Below, in pieces: positions 56,145 through 64,000 of a stretch of DNA of 64,000 bases. Position 1 is the first letter of the stretch; every line of letters begins with the position of its first letter. The translations under genes and the position numbers were made by a program. The stretch comes from Octopus vulgaris (Eukaryota): contig OX597818.1 in NCBI GenBank assembly GCA_951406725.2, forward strand, positions 54,746,001-54,810,000, given 5' to 3'. The notes under the pieces were generated by a model that was not told the origin of the DNA, searched no databases, and worked only from the letters and a program-made list of their open reading frames with translations.

Positions 56145-56630
56145 TAGTGTGTGTGTGTGTGTGTGTGCGTGTGTGTGTGTGTGTGTGAACTTGTGTACAT
56201 GTGTGTAAGTATATGTGAATAGAGAGAAAGAGATCGTGTGTGTGTGTGTATGCATGTGTGTAAGTATATGTGAATAGAGAGAAACAGAGTGTGTGTGTGT
56301 GTGTGAATGTGTGTAAGTATATGTGAATATAAAAGATTGTGTGTGTGTGTGTATGTGTGTAAGTGTATGTGAATATAAAGAGATTGTGTGTGTGTGTGCG
56401 TGTGTGTGTGCATGTGTGTAAGTATATGTGAATAGAAAGAAAGTGAGTGTGTGTGTGTGTGTGTACTTGTGTGCATGTGCGTAAGTATATGTGAATATAA
56501 AGAGATTGTGTGTGTGTGTACTTGTGTGCATGTGTATAAGTATATGTGAATAGAGAGAAAGCGAGAGAGTATGTGTGTGTGTAAGTATATGTGAATAGAA
56601 AGAGATTGTATGTGTGTGTGTGTGTGTGTG
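56145..56630. repeat. Minisatellite: GTAAGTATATGTGAATA core plus variable (TG)n
   Basis: About eight cores at 45-65-bp spacing. Confidence 0.9.
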
Positions 56631-56945
56631 TTTGAGAGAGAAAGAGAGAGGGCGTAGTGAGGGGAGAAGCGGGGAGGGGTGTATAGGAATGAACCTATAT
56701 GAAAATGTGTTATTGGACTTGGATGCGAAGTTTAGCAGTGAAAAAAAAAAAAAAAGAAATGTCGGTGAAGGAATGTCTAAAAACAATTGAAAGCCGTAAC
56801 AAGCCCGACCGGTGTTGAGAGTAAACGGCAACAAAACCGTAACGATAACAAAATACAACGACGACGAATACTACAGCAGCGCCACCACCACCACCAACAA
56901 CAACAGCAACAACAACAGCAGCAACAACTTTTTTTTTTTTTTTTT

Positions 56946-57790
56946 GGAAGCACTCCGTCGGTTACGACGACGACGAGGGTTCCGGTTGATCCGAATCAAC
57001 GGAACAGCCTGCTCGTGAAATTAACGTGTAAGTGGCTGAGCACTCCACAGACACACGTGTACCCTTAACGTAGTTCTCGGGGATATTCAGCGTGACACAG
57101 AGAGTGACAAGGCCGGCCCTTTGAAATTGAAGCACTCCGTCGGTTACGACGACGAGGGTTCCGGTTGATCCGAATCAACGGAACAGCCTGCTCGTGAAAT
57201 TAACGTGTAAGTGGCTGAGCACTCCACAGACACGTGTACCCTTAACGTAGTTCTCGGGGATATTCAGCGTGATACAGAGAGTGACAAGGCCGGCCCTTTG
57301 AAATTGAAGCACTCCGTCGGTTACGACGACGAGGGTTCCGGTTGATCCGAATCAACGGAACAGCCTGCTCGTGAAATTAACGTGTAAGTGGCTGAGCACT
57401 CCACAGACGCGTGTAGCCTTAACGTAGTTCTCGGGGATATTCAGCGTGACACAGAGAGTGACAAGGCCGGCCCTTTGAAATTGAAGCACTCCGTCAGTTA
57501 CGACGACGAGGGTTCCGGTTGATCCGAATCAACGGAACAGCCTGCTCGTGAAATTAACGTGTAAGTGGCTGAGCACTCCACAGACACGTGTACCCTTAAC
57601 GTAGTTCTCGGGGAAATATTCAGCGTGACACAGAGAGTGACAAGGCCGGCCCTTTGAAATACAGGTACAACAGAAACAGGAAGTAAGAGTGAGAGAAAGT
57701 TGTGGTGAAAGAGTACAACAGGGATCACCACCATCCCCTGCCGGAGCCTCGTGGAGCTTTTAGGTGTTTTCACTCAATAAACACTCACAA
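56946..57790 (-). mobile_element. SINE-A with 3' module in four tandem copies
   Basis: ~178-bp units joined by TTTGAAATTGAAGCACTCC; tRNA head missing. Confidence 0.92.
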
Positions 57791-58019
57791 CTACAATTAA
57801 CAACCACAATAATAAAAACAAAGACAACAGCACCGATAACAAAGCACAAAATGATGACGACTGCGATGAGACCAACAACGATGACAACAACAATAATAGT
57901 AATTTAGCTTTTTAGTTGTTTCATTCATTAGACTGCGGCCATGCTGGGGCACCGCTTTGAAGAATTTTTGTCGAACGAATCGACCCCAGTACATATTTTT
58001 TGTATAACCTGATACTTAT

Positions 58020-58590
58020 TCTTATTTCTTTATTGGCCATAAGGGGATAAACGTAGAGGGGACAAACAAGGACATACAAAGGGATTAAGTCGATTATATC
58101 GACCCCATTATGCACCTGGTATTAAATTTATCGACCCCGAAAGGATGAAAGGTAAAAGCGATCTCGGCAGAATTTGAACCCCGTACGTAAAGACAGACGA
58201 AATACCTATTTCTTTATTACCCACAAGGGGCTAAACACAGAGGGGACAAACAAGGACAGACAAATGGATTAAGTTGATTAGATCAACCTCAGTATGCAAC
58301 TGGTACTTAATCTATCGATCCCGAAAGGATGAAAGGTAAAAGCGACCTCGGCATAATTTGAACCCAGAACGTAAAGACAGACGAAATACCGCTAAGCATT
58401 TCGCCCGGCGTGTTAACGTTTCTTATTTCTTTATTGCATACAAGGGGCTAAACATAGAGGAGACAAACAAGGACAGACAAAGTCGACCTCGGTGGAATTT
58501 GAACTCAGAACGTAATGGCAGACGGAATACCTATTTCTATTTCTTTACTACTCACATTTCGCCCGGTGCGCTAACGTTTCTGCCACCTCA
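58020..58590 (-). mobile_element. SINE-M multimer, rearranged
   Basis: Junction GAAATAGGTATTTC at ~58205. Confidence 0.85.
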
Positions 58591-58597
58591 TCGCCTT

Positions 58598-58913
58598 ATT
58601 CTGTCGTACTCTTTTGCCGAACTGTTAAGTTAAGGGGACATAAACACACCATCATCGGCCGTCAAGCTGTGCAAGGGAACAAACACAAACACAAAGATAC
58701 ATGCGCACATACACACACATACGCATGCATACATATATACATACATACATACATATGACAGGCTCCTTTCAGTTTCCGTCTACCAAATCCACTCACAAGG
58801 CTTTGGTTGGCCCGACGCTATAGTAGGGGACACTTGCCCAAGGTGCCATGCAGTGGGACTGAACCCGGAACTACGTGGTTAGGAAGCAAACTTCTTACCG
58901 CCGAACCACGCCT
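58598..58913 (-). mobile_element. SINE-B (its tail lies at 57915-58020, split by SINE-M)
   Basis: Family match. Confidence 0.8.
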
Positions 58914-59074
58914 GTAGGAAAATATTAACGATCCTTTCAAATATAGGTCTGGAATTCTGAGGGAGGTGTGACCCTATTACTTGACTAGTATTTATTTTAT
59001 CGATACCGAAATGATTAAAGGCGAAATCGATCTTAGTGGGTAGGATCCATAAAGAGCAAAAGCTTAACTGGGTT

Positions 59075-59286
59075 TTCAGGGCGCATAAGTGAACAGAATT
59101 AGAACACTCTTCCCTGAAAGGGACCAGTCCATCGCAGGATTAGCCTTCCAGCTATCAACAGATCCCATTGATAGCTGAGTTGACTGGAGCAACAGTGGGA
59201 TTAAATTTTTTTTTCTAGGATACAATACACTTCTGGAATCGAAACCGCGATCTTGCGATCGTGAATACAACACCTTAACTGCGCCT
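59075..59286 (-). mobile_element. Old CORE/V-like SINE
   Basis: GTTTCGATTCC; TTGCTCCAGTCAACTCAGCT; CCTGCGATGGACTGG. Confidence 0.7.
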
Positions 59287-59314
59287 TCAATTCAGCAGCA
59301 AGCACAGAAAAAGA

Positions 59315-59489
59315 AGCCTGCTTCTCAACCTCATGGTTCCGGGTTCAGTCCCACTGCGTGAAACCTTGAGCAAGTGTCTACTACTATAGCGTGAGGCCGA
59401 CAAAGCCTTGTGAGTGGATTTGGTTGACGGAAACTGAAAGAAGCTCGTATACACAAACATACACATACATATATGTGTGTGTTTGTGTT

Positions 59490-59565
<76 letters not shown>

Positions 59566-59765
59566 CCCAATCATCGCTTGACAACCGGTCTTGGTGTGTT
59601 TACACTGCCTCCGTAACTTAGCGGTTCGGCAAAAGAGACCGACAGGATAAGTACTTGGTTAAAAAAAAGAAAAAAAAAAAACCTAGGGTCGATATGCTCG
59701 ACTAAAAAACTTTCAAGGCGCTGCTCCAGCATGGTCGCAGTCAAATGACTGAAAGAAGCAAAAAT
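59315..59765 (+). mobile_element. SINE-B
   Basis: Family match with internal (TG)n. Confidence 0.85.
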
Positions 59766-59843
59766 AAATAAATAAATTATATAAACAAATATAAAACGCA
59801 AAAGCAATGATAGAACAAAACAGAGACAACAACAACAAAAACA

Positions 59844-59875
<32 letters not shown>

Positions 59876-59880
59876 AATAA

Positions 59881-60201
59881 TCTCTCTCTATATAAACGGC
59901 AGTTTGTCTGTGCGTGTTTCTGTGTGTCTGTTTTCTCGTACCCTCCACCCTGACCACGGCTTTCAACCGATTCTGATGAAACTTGACACACACATAGCCC
60001 AATGTCATAATTCAAAACTAACGCAGCGAAAATTTTGAAAAGTTAACCCCAGTTCTGAAAAAAAATCGATAAATTCGACATGGGGTCGAGAATCAAAAAA
60101 AAGACAAACCATTTTTTTGCTATTTTTTGGCTATAACTCTCTAAAAATGCTTTATAATTATTTCCCTTACAAACCTGAGCAACGCCGGGCGATACTGCTA
60201 G
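59881..60201 (+). mobile_element. Helitron with different 5' part, shared 3' end
   Basis: A|TC start; last ~90 bp match the 21554 family; CTAG|T. Confidence 0.85.
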
Positions 60202-60429
60202 TAGCATTATAAAGCGCAAAAGACAACAGGAATAAGAGCAATAACAGAAAAAGACAAGAAGAACAAGAATGATAATGGTCGTAGTAGTTGGGGCAATGAA
60301 AGCCAAACCCAAATCAAGTAGAATAAAGAAGAGACAAAGGTAATATATATAAATGCACACTTATTACTAGTATTATAGTATTTCCGGTGCCTCAGTGAAG
60401 TTTAAACCTCTTAAAGACAATAGATAAAT

Positions 60430-60753
<324 letters not shown>

Positions 60754-60982
60754 CACAAAAAAAGGACATAGATATATAGGTTGTTAGATTTTCGCAGAAT
60801 AACTTAAGAGAAGCAAACAGCAAAAACCATTTGAAAAGCACAGATGTAACGAATGTGAATTTGATTAAACATCAAGGATTTTTTATACACACGTACATGC
60901 GCACGCACGTACACAGCGCACACACACTAATACACCAAAGAAGCAAATACATACATACATACATACATACATAGATACATAG

Positions 60983-61028
<46 letters not shown>

Positions 61029-61452
61029 CTTATAAAATAAGGGAAAGAGAAAAATTCTAATGCCAAATATGCCGAAAAAAAGACAAAATTGTCAATAAAC
61101 CATTATAATTTATGCGTCTCGAAACAAGCCGATAAAAATTTCTAAAAAATTCCATTATAACCGTATTGGTCCCAGTTTCGGGGTTAATTCATAATAATTT
61201 TCCCCTCGTCAACGATTAATACGTAAGACATAAATGGAATACTTACTCATACCCATGGAAAAAGCAAGCACTAAGTCCTGAGCAGACCTAAGTACCCCAA
61301 ATATATCCAAAATAGAAAATCTTCGGCACATCTCGAGACACGTGTGGTTCGAACTAGAAACTTTCACAGAGTGAGAGAATCCGGAAGTGAACACTATTAA
61401 ATTTATGACTAATGTAGGATAAGATTTTTTTCGAAAGAAAAAAATTTTATCC

Positions 61453-61493
<41 letters not shown>

Positions 61494-61536
61494 CGGAGAT
61501 GTACCTGCATAGCAAGTGGTTTGATCTGAGATCGTG

Positions 61537-61622
<86 letters not shown>

Positions 61623-62099
61623 ATACATATAAGAGTGGGATGACCACAACGTGGATAACGCTTATGCTTGAAGTAGATCCGCTATGGTCTTACCACTAAG
61701 AAATGTTCTCAAGAAAATTCAGCAAACGCCAGAACGCATGTATGTAATATAATTTTCTGAACCTTCACATTTTAATATGCTAGACCACTGGTTTTAAATT
61801 GATATTAATCAAATTGATATTCAATTTTTCACCCTTATTATTTTAAATTCATATATATATATAACCAGATAGACAAATAGACGAAAAAGGGCATAGATTG
61901 ATAGATACATAGGTTGTTAGATTTTCGTAGAATAATTTAGGAGAGGCAAACCCAGTAAATATTGGTACATTGTTGTACCATTATTCTATATTTATACTTA
62001 ACCGTATGGTGCTTTGTTTTACTGGATAGCAATACTTTTTGTATTGCATATATATATACATATATATGTATAATAATATACATAATATATAAATATATG

Positions 62100-63095
62100 T
62101 ATATATACATACATATGTGTACATACCTACATATATGTATATATACATGCATATATGGGTACAGGACATCAAGAAAACGTGGATAGAATGAGAAACCAGA
62201 ACATAAAAAACATAGAAAACGAACTTTTTTTTCGAACAACGAAAAGATAAACAGCCAGAGAAACGAGATATGGAACATAAAGAACATTCCCTTCATCAGT
62301 TGTCCCCTGTTTTATCTACTCCGCGAAGGTAAGGACAAGACGCGACTTCGTTGAAACAATCCTTCCCGCAAAGCAAATTAAATAAAATTTGGGATTTTTT
62401 GCAGAGGGTGAAAGTCGTAACAAAAAGAGGGCAGTGAGAACGAAACAGCAAAAACAAACATTGAGGGTTGTTAAGCCAAGATGATGTGAAGTGGTGAACG
62501 CTGGAAAAACAAGGTTTGAGACGAGAGAGAAAAAAGCACGTTTTGTCTTTAGGGAGGAAGTGGAAGTGAGAATGGCCGTTGGTCACATGTGAGCAACGAG
62601 AGAGTCGAGAAAGAAGAGTGAGAAAGAGAGAGGAGGGACAGTGAAGGGGAGAGAAGAAGAATAGGGAAAGGCTGGGAGAGAAAAACAGAAAGGAAGAAGA
62701 AGAAGAGAGGGAGATAGAGAGGCAGAAAAGAAATTGAATAAGAGTGCGCATTGTAACTATTAAGATAAAACTTTCATGGAAAAGGATGCGTGGTGTTCGA
62801 TCGTATAATAATATGAATAATATATAAATATGTTGCATGTCGCATTTCTCTATTTGTTTTTTTCATTGTTCGAAAAAAGTTCGTTTTCTATGTTTTTGTT
62901 TTTTATGTTCTCATTTCTCATTCTGTCCACGTTTTTTTTAATCTCTTGTACTCATATATGCATGTATATATACATATATATATACATATATATGTAGGCA
63001 TGTACATATATGTATGTATATATGCATATATTCATATATTATTTATATTATTATATGATCGATCGCCACGCATCTTTTTCCAATTAAGTTATATC
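62100..63095. mobile_element. PLE-like end with nested inverted copies
   Basis: 62100-62240 inverted at 62860-63030; 62765-62830 inverted at 63030-63095. Confidence 0.65.
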
Positions 63096-63350
63096 TATCT
63101 ATCTATCTATCTGATCTATTTGTGAAACTGGTGTTTAGCTTTTAAGACATCATCAATATTTGCTTTGGAATTGCTGCATCCATCCAAGAGAATTGCTTTC
63201 AAATGTTCATCAGTCAACCTCATTCGATGTGCTGACTTCACATTCTTCATTATTGAAAATGCTTGCTCACAGACATAAGTTGTTCCGAACTCTCATTGCT
63301 ATAGTACCTACACAAAAGATACAGTGCGGAGGCGGGACGGATGAACTGCC

Positions 63351-63580
63351 CTAGCGGGTCGGAACCGGTCTTCGGTAGTTTGGTGAATCCTGGCCTACTG
63401 GGACTGAAGGCAAGAAATTGACTCTGGACTTGCGCAGTTCGCGCTTTCTTTGTGCCCCGACAATCCTGTCCTGTTCGTAGGAGGTGGTACCTCTATTGGT
63501 ACAGCTTCGCCAGGCACGGCGATCTTGCCTTTGCGTTTCCGAGATGTCGGGGTTGATCTCACAGCTCTTCAGTGAGGCGT
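63351..63580 (-). mobile_element. RTE-clade LINE C-terminal fragment
   Basis: ASLKSCEINPD..QDRRAWRS..G..YEQDR..KRELRK matches the RTE C-terminal pattern. Confidence 0.75.
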
Positions 63581-64000
63581 TGGGTGTAACCATGAAGCAC
63601 TTTTACTATCCACCTTACGTGAACAACCATGTATGTGTATACGTATGTATACACACGCATATATATTACCCTGTGCATCTATGCACGCAAACGTACACAC
63701 ATACACACACACATATAACACATGTATATTATTTGCCTAAAAAATAATATAAATTGCATATATAACATGTATACACAAAAATGTAGAAACATACATACTC
63801 AAAATAGTTATATTGTTTGGCTGAAAGTCTCAGCCTAATATTCGGGAGTGTCTGCGTGTGAGAAAGCATCGTCAGGTGGGAACTATGACGAAGCGGTTCT
63901 TCCATCTGTATGTCAGGCGGAAACCCACGAGTAACGGCTACATGACTTCAGTCGTTTAAACTGCTTACACTCTACGACATGTATCAAGCACAAATTACCC

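Noticed and set aside
56946-57660. Regular repeats resembling a CRISPR array (also 17851-18628 and 56145-56630)
   Set aside because: No unique spacers, eukaryotic context, units are SINE modules or minisatellites
60765-61960. ~60-bp direct repeat at 60770 and 61905 as LTRs
   Set aside because: Too short, no TG..CA ends or primer-binding site; likely old local duplication

Overview
AT-rich, microsatellite-saturated eukaryotic non-coding DNA. The repeat content resembles an octopus/cephalopod genome (inference from recalled SINE types, not verified). No host protein-coding gene can be supported; almost all ORFs in the track are translations of microsatellites or SINEs. The window is a dense transposon landscape: four tRNA-headed SINE groups (with modular tail swapping and head-to-tail multimers), five non-autonomous Helitrons, three decayed DD37D/maT-type transposons, a mariner deletion derivative, two RTE LINE fragments, a Penelope-like (PLE) GIY-YIG remnant, a 5S rRNA-like copy and an isolated tRNA-Ala 3' half. 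The main signal is about ten minimal type-I hammerhead ribozyme motifs on small elements mostly embedded in (TA)n. These include a tRNA-headed SINE whose tail is a Penelope-type hammerhead (38306-38634), two families with recurrent non-canonical cores (CCGACGA and CUGUNGA), and fold-back elements that invert inside the ribozyme. All alignments and folds were done by eye, so coordinates may be off by a few bases.
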